From positions 919,708,001-919,772,000 of the forward strand of contig NW_027362761.1 of NCBI RefSeq assembly GCF_046119375.1: a stretch of 64,000 nucleotides of DNA. Direction: 5' to 3'. The DNA is from Phyllobates terribilis. Lineage: Eukaryota. The translations under genes were made by a program, and so were the position numbers. This document shows, in pieces, positions 25,345-38,096 of the stretch. Numbering within the stretch: position 1 is the stretch's first letter; each line of letters starts with the position of its first letter. The notes under the pieces are model-generated. The model made no database searches. It saw only the letters and a list, made by a program, of their open reading frames with translations, and was not told the origin of the DNA.

Positions 25345-25690
25345 TGTTCCCTTCTTGTGTCACCGAAATAATCTCCCAATATCTTCCCACATGTAATCTC
25401 CAATCCTCACAGTATCTTCTTTTCTCTTCCAATCCTGCATGTTCTTCACCCAATCGCCTTCATGACTTCTCCTGAGCATCCCCCATCCTCTGGAATTCTG
25501 TGCCTCCACATGTCCGATTGTCTCCAATATTCAGAACCTTCAAGCAGAACTTGGAAAACCCATCTCTTCAAGAAAGCTTAAAGCTTGCAATGATCCCGCT
25601 ATCACTTCATCACCACAGAAGCTGCTGCAATCCCCCAACCTTCTGTTTCCTTCCCCATTACCCTGTAGACTGTAAGCCCACGAGGCCAGT
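25345..25690 (+). mobile_element. L2 LINE 3' fragment
   Basis: Degenerate ORF2 end (..RLHDFS..LWNS.PPHVR..KTHLFKKA*) followed by TAGACTGTAAGCCCACGAGG, typical of L2 3' UTRs. Confidence 0.65.
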
Positions 25691-26904
25691 TTACTAATAT
25701 CTTACCAGTCCCTTGACTATTCCATGCTACCTCTTCTTAAGTCCCCTAAGGGTCACTGTTTTCCCAACTCCATTGATGATATGGCATATTGAAATATGAC
25801 CCCTGCAGCCAATCACTGGATATGATGTGTCTATACCATTGCAGTAAACCATGCAGCTAGTGTTCGGCAAACATGTTGAGCCAATATAACATTGCTGAAG
25901 CCAGTTGAACTAAGACCAATCGAGTACCTGGCAAGCTTCATCACAAAAGCTAGATGGCATTGGTAAATTGGGTATAACTTTCTTTAGTTTTTTCATACTG
26001 TCAGCCATTTCTCAAAGACATAATTAGGCTGGAAAAGCTCTTAAAACATTTCTCAGCATGGCACATTAGTCCTTAACCCACTCAAGCAGTTGCTTTAAGA
26101 ATGCATACAAGAAGTAATAACTTCTAGTGTTGAGGACTGCAGATTTGTCTTCTATCATTAGATACAGTATTGGTAGTTTTTGCACACTTTTTTCACCAGT
26201 GTAGCATCCATCAGCCAATTTGTGCTGAATGTATGGGTACTAGTGATGAGCGACTATGTTTTGTTAACTAGTGTTGAGCGAGCATGCTTGACACTGCTCG
26301 GTACTCGCCCGAGCATCTCACTACTTGGGATGTTCGGCCAGCACCGAGCATTTTCGGGTTACTTGGGCGGGAGCACGGGTCTCCGCCCTGCATGTTTGGC
26401 GCTCTTTACAGAGCCAATGAACATGAAGGGATTGCCAGCCAGTCACTGTAATTCCGCAGCCATGTTAGTTGTGAGCTTTACAGTGATTGGCTGGCCGCAC
26501 AGCGTCACCTTGAGTATTTAAAACCGGGCGCCGCCATCTTGGACACAGTCGCTCTGGATCAGACAGTGTAGGGAGAGTGCTGCTGAGCTAGGGAGAGATT
26601 TATACTGCGAACTAGGTAGTGTAGGGTCTCTAAAGCCTGCAAAATCAAACAAACAGTCCTTCTGAGGACTAATATCCATCCCAGATATCAGGCAGGCTGT
26701 ATAGGAGATGCAGTGGTTATACCAACAAACACTGCATTACAGTCCTGTGTGCTGCTGCTGCTCAAATTGCTAGACTTAGCCCCAGGTCTCAGGGGCCAGG
26801 AAAAATCGTTTTTTTTCATGTAAAACCTCTTTTTTTTTTTTCCACAGTCAGACTTTACAAATACCCATCTTATTAACCTTTTGGTATCCCCCCCCCCCAA
26901 AAAA

Positions 26905-27440
26905 AAGAAATTGAGTGTGTCTATGAGTGTTCAGACACAAATATATCTGTTTAAAAGAGTCTGGTTTCGGCCAGATAACTAGAACTGTGGTTTTGCAGTT
27001 CCATGGTTCAAATGTATTATCCACTTTTTTGCCTTTTTTCCATAAAAAAAAACAGTTTGAGTGTCTCGCTGACTGTTCAGACACAAATATATCAATTTAA
27101 AAAAGTCTGGTATACGCCAGGAAATTAGAACTGTGGTTTTCCTCTTCCACGGTTCAAATCTGGGTGTTATCCACCTTTTTGCCTTTTTTCCATAAAAAAA
27201 AAAAGTTTGAGTGTCTTGGAGACTATTCAGACATACATATATCTATTTAAAAAAGTCTGGTATATGCCAGGAAATTAGAACTGTGGTTTTCCTCTTCCAC
27301 GGTTCAAATCTGGGTGTTATCCACCTTTTTGCCTTTTTTACATAAAAAAAACAGTTTGAGTGTCTCACTGACTGTTAGACACAAATATATCTGTTTAAAA
27401 GATTCTGGTGTAGGCCAGAGAACTAGAACTGTGGTTTTCC
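26905..27440. repeat. ~150-bp tandem repeat x~4 in the hAT2 5' region
   Basis: GTGTC... unit starts at ~26917, 27061, 27211 and 27360. Confidence 0.88.
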
Positions 27441-27519
27441 TCTTCCACGGTTTTAATCTCCTTTTTATTACCCTTATGCCATTGATAGTGCGAGTGTAAG
27501 CTATTTTACTTCATTTACA

Positions 27520-30500
27520 ATGAGCAAGGCGGTAGAAAAGGGACGTGGAACTGGCCGTTCTGGTGATGGTGAATGCAGAGGACGGGGCCGTGGCCAAGGT
27601 GAAAGTGTGCCACAACCAACAGCCACATCTTCTCACTCCCAGTTCTTGACCGAATTACTAGGGAAGCACACAACAACACTATTGCGAACTGATTAGTGTG
27701 AACAGGTTATTAATTGGATAGCAGATAATACTTCCAGTCACCTGGGCACCACCACCTCCGGTCTGTCTTCCACACGGTCAAGTCTTAGTAGCCGTGAGTC
27801 TCGACCGCATTCTCCTCCTCACCCTGATGCTCCTTCCTCCCAACATGCCGAGTGTCGTCAGACAGCAACTGATTCCACAGTTGGACACTCTGAAGAGCTG
27901 TTCACTGGTCCATTTCCATATTTGGGCAACTGCTCCACTTGAAGTGGTGGAAGAGGAGATCCCATGTAGCGATGGCCAAATAATTGAACAGCCACGGCCA
28001 CAGGAAGGCGACGCTGGCAATTTGTCACAAGAGGTGGACGATGACGAGACACAATTGCCACGAAGTGAGGAGTAGGACCGTGGTGTGGAAGTGGAAGAGG
28101 AGGAGGATGATCTAGTAACTGACCCAACGTGGCAGGAGGACACGCAGAGCGAGGCCAGCAGCACACAGGGGGAGGGAGGCAGAGTACCCCAACAGGCAGG
28201 AAGAAGCAGTGTGGTGGCTGCAGATAGAAGGCGGGCAACCGTTCCCCGTAACACCAAAAAGGCCATTTGTACCACCTGCCAGGCCAGCACCAGCAGGGGT
28301 GACAAAACTACCAGCCTGACCACCACCAGCATGATCAGGCACATGTCAGCAAAGCACCCGACTTTGTGGGGCAAACCCCAGGGTCCATGACCAGAGTCAG
28401 CGGGTGTCACCACTGCTTCTTCCACTGTTGTGCATTTAAGAGAACCCCCTGTTGTGCGTGCAAGGCAATCCCCTGTCCATACTGCATGCAAAGATGCCCC
28501 CTCCTCTCAGTCTTCACTTGTTATGGCAGTTTCTCAAGAAACAGCATCAACGTCCACGTCCCACCGCAGCGTTCAATTGTCCATATCCCAGACCTTTGAA
28601 CGAAAGCGCAAATTCACAGCCAACGCCCCACAGGCCACAGTCCTAAATTGGAACATTTCACGACTGCTTGTGTTGGAAATGCTGCCTTTTAGGCTGGTGG
28701 AGATGGAATCCTTCCGCAACCTTATGGCGGTGGCCGTCCCTCGGTACTGGGTCCCCAGCCGACACTATTTTGCCCGGTGTGCCATCCCCGCACTACACAA
28801 GCATGTGTCCCAAAACATCTGCTGTGCCCTCAACAACGCAGTTACTGGGAGAGTCCACCTGACAACGGACACATAGAAAAGTGCTTGTGGCCAGGGACGG
28901 TACATCTCCCTAACGGCACACTGGGTAAACATGGTGGAAGCTGGGACCGAGTCGGACCTTGGGACGGAATACATCCTCCCCACACCGAGGATTGCGGGCC
29001 CTATGTCAGTCAGAGTTTCCCCCACAGTGTACAGCTCCTGCGCATCATCCTCCTCCTCTTCCTCCTCATGTTCAGCCTCCATCTCAGATATCACCACATC
29101 AGTTACAAGCTGGAAGCACTGCAGTCCTGCCTCAGCCAAGCGGCAACAGGCTGTGCTGAAACTCATAAGTTTAGGTGATAAACCTCACACTGCTTGAGAG
29201 TTGTGGACAGCTGTGAAAGAGCAGGCAGATCTGTGGCTGAGACCGCTGAACCTACATCCAGGCATGGTCATGTGTGACAATGGCCGTAACCTGGTGGCGG
29301 CTCTGAGGCGAGGCGAGATCACACACATACCATGCCTGGCTCATGTGCTTAACCTCGTGGTTCAGCGGTTTCTTAAATCGTACCCTGAGTTGCCAGATCT
29401 GCTTGTCAAAGTACGCCGCCTGTCAGTTCATTTTTAGACCTTTGCTACAGCTTCCGCTGCCCTTGCTATGTTGCAGCAGCGTTTGCAGCTTCCGGCACAC
29501 CGACTGGTGTGTGATGTCCCCACATGTTGGAACTCTACCCTCCACATGTTGCAAAGGATTTGTGAGCAGAAGAGAGCAGTTGTGGAGTACCAGCTGCAAC
29601 AAGGCCATCGATATTCAGGTCAGACTCCACACATAAGACCTCAGGAGTTTACCTGGATGTCTGACATATGTACCATCCTGACAAACTTTGAGGAGTCCAC
29701 CAAGATGGTGAGTGGCGATGACACCATCATTAGCGTCAGCATCCCACTTGTCTGTCTTTTGCAACGCTCTCTGCAGAGAATTAAAGAGGAGGGATTGTAG
29801 CCAGAGTATGATTAGATGGATCAAGAAGCCATAGCGGTCAATTACACACAGCCCAGCCTCATCTCATCCCAACGTGCATTGGGGGACAATGAGGGAGAGG
29901 AGGAGTAGGAAGAACAGGAGCTGGTATCATGCGCTGTAGACGGTAGTACCTGTACAACTGTCATACCGTCGGTTCAGCGTGGGTGGCCTGAGGACAGGGG
30001 GGAGGAGGAGGAGATCATGATCAGTCGTCATCTTGGTGAGGACATGGAAGTCTTGCCCGTTACCAGTCTGGCACGCATGGCTGACTTTATGTTATGCTGC
30101 CTTAACCGTGACCCTCGCATTGTCAAAATGTTGGGTGACAGTCATTACTGATTGGTGACACTTTTAGACCCTCGCTACAAGGAGAACTTTCACTCTCTTA
30201 TTCCTGGGGTAGAGAGGTCTACAAAAATGGGGCAGTACCAGAAGGCCCTTGCTGCAGAACTGTTAAAAAAATTCCCATCTGAATATGCTAGCGACAGGGG
30301 TCACAGTTGGTTGCCCAACCAAGGCCAAGAGGCGAGAGAGACACAACTCCAATCCAACAGAGGCAGGGGAACACTGTCAACGTTCTGGGACAGTTTTCTG
30401 AGACCCGCCCAGCTTACAGGCCCTGAGGCACAGGGTACTCTCACAAGGAGTGGAAAGTTTCAAAAGATGGTGAGGGAGTACCTTGCCAACCGTACCAGCG

Positions 30501-30769
30501 TCCTCCATGATTCCTCTGTGCCTTTTAATTATTGGGTATCCAAGCTGGACACTTGGATTGAACTCGCTCTGTACGCTTTGGAGGTCCTGGCATGCCCTGC
30601 CGCTAGCGTGTTATCAGAGCGTGTTTTTAGTGCCGCTGGGGGAATTATAACTGATAAGCGCACTCGCCTGTCAACTAACAATGCAGACAAGCTGACCGTT
30701 ATCAAAATGAACAAGAGCTGGATTGGGCCAGACTTCTCATCATCACCAAATGACAGCAGAGTAACATAA
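27520..30769 (+). pseudogene. Near full-length hAT transposase pseudogene (ZBED-like: BED + DDE + dimerization domain)
   Basis: MSKAVEKGRG...; AICTTCQ..MIRHMSAKH; HLTTDT; MCDNGRNL; CLAHVLNL; CDVPTCWNST; TLLDPRYK; LACPAASVLSERVFSAAGG. Several stops; the W-F half of the BED finger (~75 bp) is deleted relative to hAT1. Confidence 0.93.
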
Positions 30770-30924
30770 AGTCAAATCCACTGTATTATTTCGGAGGTGT
30801 ATTCCCATGCACCGCTTCACACCCACACATGGGAATACACTTCCTCATTTCGGCTGTTTTTTGCTCTTCTCCTTATTCTCGGCCTCCACCACCACTATAC
30901 CACCAGGGTGAACGTGGTCCATGT

Positions 30925-31600
30925 TGCCAGCATTGCAAGTTCCTCCGTCCTAATTTTTGGCAGCTTTTGCTTGGAAGGCATAGGCAAAGACTATGGGACA
31001 CCCACTCCCCAATAATGGGAATAATGTTTTTAATATGCTGTACTGAATGGCTCTTGTAAGGGGCATTGCAAGTTCCTCCATCCTAATTTTTGGCAGCTTT
31101 TACTTTCGAAGGCCTAAGCAAAGACTATGGGAGACCCACTCCCCAATAATGTGAATAATGTTTTTAATATGCTGTACTGCATGGCTCTTGTAAGGGGCAT
31201 TGCAAGTACCTTGATCCTAATTTTTGGCAGCTTTTGCTTCAAAGTCATAGGCAAAGACTATGGGAGACCCACTCCCCAATAATGGGAATAATGTTTTTAA
31301 TATGCTGTACTGCATGGCTCTTGTAAGGGGCATTGCAAGTTCCTCCATCCTAATTTTTGGCAGCTTTTGCTTCGAAGGCATAGGCAAAGACTATGGGAGA
31401 CCCACTCCCCAGCAATGGGAATAATGTTTTTAATATGCTGTACTGCATGGCTCTTTTAAGGGGCATTGCAAGTTCCTCCTTCCTAATTTTTGGCAGCTTT
31501 TGCTTCGAAGGCATAGGCAAAGACTATTGGAGACCTACTCCCCAATAATGGGAATAATGTTTTTAATATGCTGTACTGCATGGCTCTTGTAAGGGGCATT
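30925..31600. repeat. 133-bp tandem repeat x~5 (hAT2 3' region)
   Basis: GGGCATT at 31061, 31195, 31328, 31461 and 31594. Confidence 0.92.
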
Positions 31601-32480
31601 AAAATCATCTTGTTAAGCTACTGTGATCTCCACGTCTCTTCCAAGGGTGATTGATATTGTCTTTTTATTCCACTGGGACCTCCACCACTCTTCCAAGGGG
31701 CATTGATATTGTCTTTTTATTCCACTGCAACCTCCACCACTCTTCCAAGGGGCATTGATATTGTCTTTTTATTCCACTGTAACCTCCACCACTCTTCCAA
31801 GGGGCATTGATATGGCCTTTTTATTCCACTGGGACCTCCACGTCTCTTCCAAGGGGCATTAAAACCGTCTTGTTAAACCACTCTGAACTCCACAGCTCTT
31901 CCAAGGGGCATTAAAACCGTCTTGTTAAACCACTCTGAACTCCACGTCTCTTCCAAGGGGCATTAAAATTGTCTTGTTAAGCTACTGTGACCTCCACATC
32001 TCTTCCAAGGGTCATTGATATTGTCTTTTTATTCCACTGGGACCTCCACCACTCTTCCAAGGGGCATTGATATTGTCTTTTTATTCCACTGCGACCTCCA
32101 CCACTCTTCCAAGGGGCATTGATATTGTCTTTTTATTCCACTGTAACCTCCACCACTCTTCCAAGGGGCATTGATATTGTCTTTTTATTCCACTGGGACC
32201 TCCACCACTCTTCCAAGGGGCATTGATATTGTCTTTTTATTCCACTGGGACCTCCACGTCTCTTCCAAGGGGCATTAAAACCCGTCTTGTTAAACCACTC
32301 TGAACTCCACAGCTCTTCCAAGGGGCATTAAAACCGTCTTGTTAAACCACTCTGAACTCCACAGCTCTTCCAAGGGGCATTAAAACCGTCTTGTTATACC
32401 ACTCTGAACTCCACAGCTCTTCCAAGGGGCATTGAAATGTTGTTTTTAAGTACCTGTAACCTTCACGACTCTTCCAACGG
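31600..32480. repeat. 52-bp minisatellite x~16 with two interspersed variants
   Basis: CTCTTCCAAGGGGCATT followed by GATATTGTCTTTTTATTCCAC or AAAACCGTCTTGTTAAACCAC; period 52 (31688, 31740). Confidence 0.92.
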
Positions 32481-33222
32481 GCATTGCATTTTCTCCTAAT
32501 TTTTGTCAGCTTTTGCTTTTCAATGCATAGGCGAATACTAAGGGAGACCCACACCCCTATAATGGGTAGAAGGTTTTTAGTATGCTGTAATCCACATCTG
32601 TTTCAAGGGCCATTGCAGTTCCTCATAATTTTTGGAAAGCCTTCCATTCACTGCTTGGCCAACAGTGTACAGGAGACCCAGTTGCTATAAATGGAAAAAA
32701 CGGTTTAGTTAAGGTCCTCTGACCCCCATGTCACTTCCAAGGGGCATTGGAGTGCCTCGAAATTTTTGGTAGGCATTGCACTCACTGTATGCCTTATAAC
32801 AGTGTAGCCGAACCGCTCCTTTTGGTACAGAAACATATCCTACAAGACATGTGTGGTTGACTGGCCTGATATTGATGTGAATGGTCCCGGTTCCTCCAGC
32901 TCTTTCTCCTTTGCCACCACCTCATCAATCATTCATCACCCGAAGCTTTGTTTTAATGGGAGTCATAGAACTTGGATAGTAGCAGGAAAACCTCCAGCAA
33001 TCCTCGGAGGAGGTAGGATATGCGCCAAAACGCTGACCACCTTTGGCCTAGCCGCTACTACATACATGCGCTTGCATTCCAAGGAACAGAAAGCTAAGGA
33101 GATGAATGGCCTCATGATCATGAATAATTTACTCATTGTGTAGGAGGCTGACCACTGCTGTTGTCTACCTTCTGAACTTTGTGTTGAAGCCTGATTGACC
33201 CAGGACCCGCAATCCTCTATGT

Positions 33223-35330
33223 CTAGAGGACGTGTTGCATCCCAGTGTCCAACTGTGTCCCGGCTTCCACAATATTAACCCAGTGTGAAGGCGTCAGTGA
33301 GATGGACCATCCCTGGCCACATACACTTGTCCACGTGTTTGTGGTTAGGCTGTCCTTCCCACTAAATGCTCTGGGGAGGGCACAGGTAATGTTTTGGTAT
33401 GCACTCGTGTATAAGGCGCGCCGGGACAAATAGGGGCGGCTGGGGACCGTGTGTGGGCACCCGGCCACGGGGCGGCTGGGGACCGAGTTTGGACACCCTC
33501 CCACCCTCTGGCGGCTGGGGACCAAGCGTGGACTCCAGATCGCCGGGCGGCTGGGGACTGAGTATGGATACTAGGCTGCTGACGCAGCATGACGTGGTGG
33601 CCAGATTCCGCCTCCACATGCCTAAAAGGCTCAATTTCAAGTGCAAGCAAGCAGTATGGTATTGCAGCCTGAGTGTGGGTGGGTAGCAGGCTGCACACTT
33701 ACGCTTGCATTCCAAGAAAACAAAGCAGATGCTAACTTCTATCATCATCATCATGCTCCTCACCTTGGCACTCTCAACTCCCCTGATGGAGAAGCTAGGG
33801 CCCACCGGAGGAGTCTCTGGTTGTCTGGTGGGCTCGTCCAATGCTGCCCTAAAGCAGGCCAGGCTAAGAAAAGTGTGGGGAAGGTTACCGGGATAAATAG
33901 TGGCGGCTGGGGACTGAGTATGGAGACCTCGCTACCGAAGCAGCCAAGAGGTAGTGGCCTGCTTCGGCCTCCTCCAAACTAAAAGGCCCCATTCCAAGTG
34001 CAAGCTAGCAGTATGGTATTGCAGCCTGCGGGTGGGTGGGTGGCAGGCTGCACACTTACGCTAGCATTCCAAGAAAACAAAGCAGATACTAACTTCTATC
34101 ATCATCATCATGCTCCTCACCTTGGCACTCTCAACTCCCCTGATGGAGAAGCTAGGGCCCACCGGAGGAGTCTCTGGTTGTCTGGTGGGCTCATCCAATG
34201 CTGCCCTAAAGCAGGCCAGGCTAAGAAAAGTGTGGGGAAAGATCCCGGGACAAACAGTGGCGGCTGGGGACTGAGTATGGAGACCTCGCCGCTGACGCAG
34301 CCATGAGGTAGTGGCCAGCTTCGGCCTCCTCCAAACTAAAAGGCCCCATTTCAAGTGCAAGCTAGCAGTATGGCATTGCAGCCTGGGGGTGGGTGGGTGG
34401 CAGGCTGCACACTTACGCTTGCATTAAAAGAAAACAATGCAGATGCTAACTTCTATCATCATCATCATGCTCCTCACCTTGGCACTCTCAACTCCCCTGA
34501 TGGAGAAGCCAGGGCCCACCGGAGGAGTCTGGTTGTCTGGTGGGCTCGTCCAATGCTGCCCTAAAGCAGGCCAGGCTAAGAAAAGTGTGTGGGAGGGTGA
34601 CAGGAGAAATAGGGGTGGCTGGGGACTGTTTATGGACACCCGGCCGCCCCCTGGCGGCTGGGGACCGAGTGTGGACACCCGGCCGCCGGGCGGCTGGGGA
34701 CTGAGTATGGATACCAGGCCGCCGAAGCAGCCATGAGGTAGTGGCCAGCTTTGGCCTACTCCAAACTAAAATGCCCCATTTCAAGTGCAAGCTAGCAGTA
34801 TGGCATTGCAGCCTGGGGGTGGGTGGGTGGCAGGCTGCACACTTACGCTAGCATTCCAAGAAAACAAAGCAGATACTAACTTCTATCATCTTCATCATGC
34901 TCCTCACCTTGGCACTCTCAGCTCCCCTGATGGAGAAGCTAGGGCCCACCGGAGGAGTCTCTGGTTGTCTGGTGGGCTCGTCCAATGCTGCCCTAAAGCA
35001 GGCCAGGCTAAGAAAAGTGTGGGGAAGGATCCCGGGACAAACAGTGGTGGCTGGGGACTGAGTATGGAGACCTCGCCGCCGACGCAGCCATGAGGTAGTG
35101 GCCAGCTTCGGCCTCCTCCAAACTAAAAGGCCCCATTTCAAGTGCAAGCTAGCAGTATAGTATTTCAGCCTGCGGGTGGGTGGGTGGTTGGCTGCATATT
35201 TGCGCTTGCATTGTAAAGAATGGGGGAGGTACAATTGAACACTGCCCTGGGACAAGGACTTGCACGGGGATAGTTGCAAGTCTGCATCTTCTGATGCGGC
35301 AAGGATCACTTCTGATGGGCACACTTATAG
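33223..35330 (-). pseudogene. Antisense hAT transposase fragments inside hAT2, including a 357-bp tandem array (33575-35220)
   Basis: The minus strand translates to SVQL..CKRKYAANHP..., ..VPSRPY..QNITCAL....LTTNTWTSVCGQG..ISLT..HWVNIVEAGT, homologous to sense residues encoded at ~28550-28980. Unit spacing 357, 357, 430, 357 (33711, 34068, 34425, 34855, 35212). Confidence 0.85.
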
Positions 35331-36875
35331 GCGGTGACCTGGGTGTCAGAGATGCTTCCAGGGGTCTTCCCCATGCTGTTCCCATGTCTTTTCAGCACTG
35401 TACGCATGTGTCACACAGCATATGGCCAGATAAGGTTGTAAAATGTTAAAATGACATTTCCCGGTGAATGCATTTGTCACGGTTGAAAGCAATACAAAAG
35501 TGCAAAAACGCATAAAAAATGCTACTTGTGAACATAGCCCAAGGTGTGGAGGAGTATTTTTTTTTTGGTTATTTATTTTACCTTATACACAAGTCTTTAC
35601 CCTGGAAAGGATGTTCCTTAACATATTTCACAGGAAAACAGTGTCAGTTTAGTTTTTGAATGTTTTATTGTGAGCCCGTAAAAGTGGCTTAATACTTCTG
35701 ACCACGTTGTTGACAGCAGTGACCTGGGGGTCAGAAATGCTTCCTGGGGTGATCCCCATGCTGTCCCCATGTCATTTGAGCACTGTCACTATCGTTTTGG
35801 GCACTTTTTAGGCTTTCTACAGACTGCCGGGGATGCCGCCGCAAAAATGCTCGGGTCTCCCATAGACTAACATTGGGCTCATTGCTCGGGTCGAGCACCC
35901 GAGTATCACGGTGAGCTCGGCCCAAGCTTCGAGCACCCGAGCATTTTAGTGCTCGCTCAACACTATTGTTAACCCTTTCGCCGAGTATGCTCGGGCGAGC
36001 ACCGAGTAGTTACAGCTGCTCGGTGATATGTTTGAATCACTCCCGTGTGCATGATTTGCGACTGTTTGACAGCTTTAATACATGTGAGGAATATGTAAGA
36101 AATAGACATTCCTCACATGCATTAAAGCTGTCAAACAGTCACAAATCATGCACACGGGAGAGATTCAAACATATCACCGAGCAGCTGTAACTACTCATGC
36201 TCGCCCGAGCATACTCGGCGAAAAGGTTAACAAAACATACTCGCTCAGCACTAATGGGTACATTTAAAAAATGGGTTTTCATTAAATGATTATGTTATAA
36301 ATCCATGTTATAAATATGAAATCTGATTGTTAGCCCACATTAGAAGAACTTTACCCAGAGATGTATGTACTCTCCACAGTAAATTATATTTTGGTTAATC
36401 AGCTATGGTAAATCTAACTTAATATATAAAAATGTAATCAAGATCAGACCCAACATACTTATTCTACTAGGATTTAAACCTTTGTAGAGGAGAAGTTGTG
36501 ATGCAATGAAAAGCAGGCTTTCTCTCCACTTGTATAGTAAACACTCTACTTATTCTCAGTAGACACATGATTTGAATCTTAAGCAGAACATGTAGGCATA
36601 TTTTGACAGCCACTATTTTCAGTGAATCGCATGGCTGGAACACAGTGTTCTGGAAGCAGTGATTCACAGTACCACCGCTTTTCTCTAGCCAAGAACACAT
36701 TCTTCACTTGCATTTGGGTTTAAGTAGTTAATGCGATAAATTCTATTTTATAGTAACAGTGTCATTAAAATATGGAAAATGCCCATCAGCACAAATGTAA
36801 GGCAGTGAGAATAATGAGATAAAAAGCTTATAGTAACCTATAAATTTATTTATATGTAGAATAAATTCACTATAA

Positions 36876-37613
36876 GGGCTCACTCACATCACCCTATAAT
36901 ATGGATGCGAGCTATCCGATTTTTTAGCGTACAGCGATCGGACCAAGGCAAATTCACTCTGAAATAGAATGGGTATGAGAAAAAAATTGGATGCCATATG
37001 GACCATCAGAATGACATCCATTTTTTACGGATGCATTACAATTCTGCAGCATAGGAAACTGTAAATGGTCCTATAAATGATTAATAGCTGTTGAGTAAAA
37101 AAACGGATTGCATACAGAAGGCACATGGATGACACACGGATGACAAGTGAGAAAACATCATCCAACTTTTCTGGATTTTTTTATACGTTCGTGTGACCCT
37201 AGCCTAAGGGCTCGCTCATACAAGTGTATAAATTGGATGACTGCAATCCGACAAAAAAGGGAATTGCACTCCTCTGACCAATCTTATTCAATGATGCAGT
37301 GCAGATCTGCGTTTTTTTCAAATCTGTATACGGCATGAGGAAAAATTTGCAGCAAGCTCCGATTTCACTCCAAAATTGGTTCAATGCGAGAAGAAAAAAT
37401 GCAAGCCATACGTACCATCAATATGGCATCTGATTTTTATGGATAAACTGCAATTCTGTAGCATTGGAAACTGTAAATGGTCCTGTAAAAGACTAATAGC
37501 TGCTGAGCTAAAAAAACAGATTACATATGGATGACAAGTAAGAAAAAAAAAATCATCCCACTTTTCTGGATGAGAATGGAACTAATTTTTTATACTCTCG
37601 TGTAACCCCAGCC
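36876..37613. mobile_element. Two related Harbinger-like MITEs head-to-tail (36876-37204, 37208-37613) sharing a TAA
   Basis: TAA|GGGCTCACTCAC...GTGTGACCCTAGCC|TAA|GGGCTCGCTCAT...GTGTAACCCCAGCC|TTAA; the interiors are homologous. Confidence 0.65.
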
Positions 37614-38096
37614 TTAAGGGTGACTGTATCCAAAAACCTTGCATATGCTTATACAGTATCTGTGCTTTGCCTATGTTTGTCTGAACAAACCATTAAAGGG
37701 GCTTTCTCAATCTCTTCTGCCAAGAGGATTGCACTCCAGCTAGATTGACAGTTAGGACGAGGGGTATTGTTGTGCCACTAGCCTGAATTGTGCGCTCTCT
37801 GATGCTGCAGGCAGAGGCAGATATGCCTGTACGTCATCAGAGGAGCACAGAGGCACTGAAGCTGGATGGAACGAGCAATCCAGTCAGCTTTAGAGCAGGA
37901 CATACAAGCTGCATTGGAAAGAGCTTGTAAGCACTGAGCTTCTTGCCTAGGAGACTGTCCACTGCTGATAAACTGCAGAGGTATATGAGTACCTAAATAA
38001 TAAATAAACAATGATAATAAACAAAAAAGTCAGTTGCAATGTTGCTTGATTTTACATGCACTTTAGAAATTGAACCATTTGTAGTAATGAAAATAA

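Larger units (their letters stand above)
26269..35965 (+). mobile_element. Large Ac-type hAT (hAT2), 9697 bp, complete termini, TSD TTGTTAAC
   Basis: TAGTGTTGAGCGAGCA ... TGCTCGCTCAACACTA; TSD at 26261-26268 and 35966-35973; transposase pseudogene 27520-30769. Confidence 0.95.
26241..36253. mobile_element. Palindromic hAT MITE (308 bp when reconstructed: 26241-26268 + 35974-36253), split by a 9.7-kb hAT
   Basis: TSD ATGGGTAC at 26233-26240 and 36254-36261. Arms TAGTGATGAGCGACTATGTTTTGTTAAC|CCTTTCGCCGAG... and ...CTCGGCGAAAAGGTTAACAAAACATACTCGCTCAGCACTA. Confidence 0.9.

Noticed and set aside
27520-30769. Domesticated ZBED (ZBED1/4/6-like) host gene
   Set aside because: Has multiple stops and sits inside an element with TIRs and a TSD, so it is a transposon copy; no gene symbol assigned.
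31600-32480. CRISPR-like array (also considered for 54671-56718)
   Set aside because: No unique spacers and no cas genes; plain tandem repeats in a vertebrate genome.
32960-33090. Possible extra BED-finger remnant (..KTLTTFGL..YMRLH)
   Set aside because: Resemblance too weak to call without an alignment.
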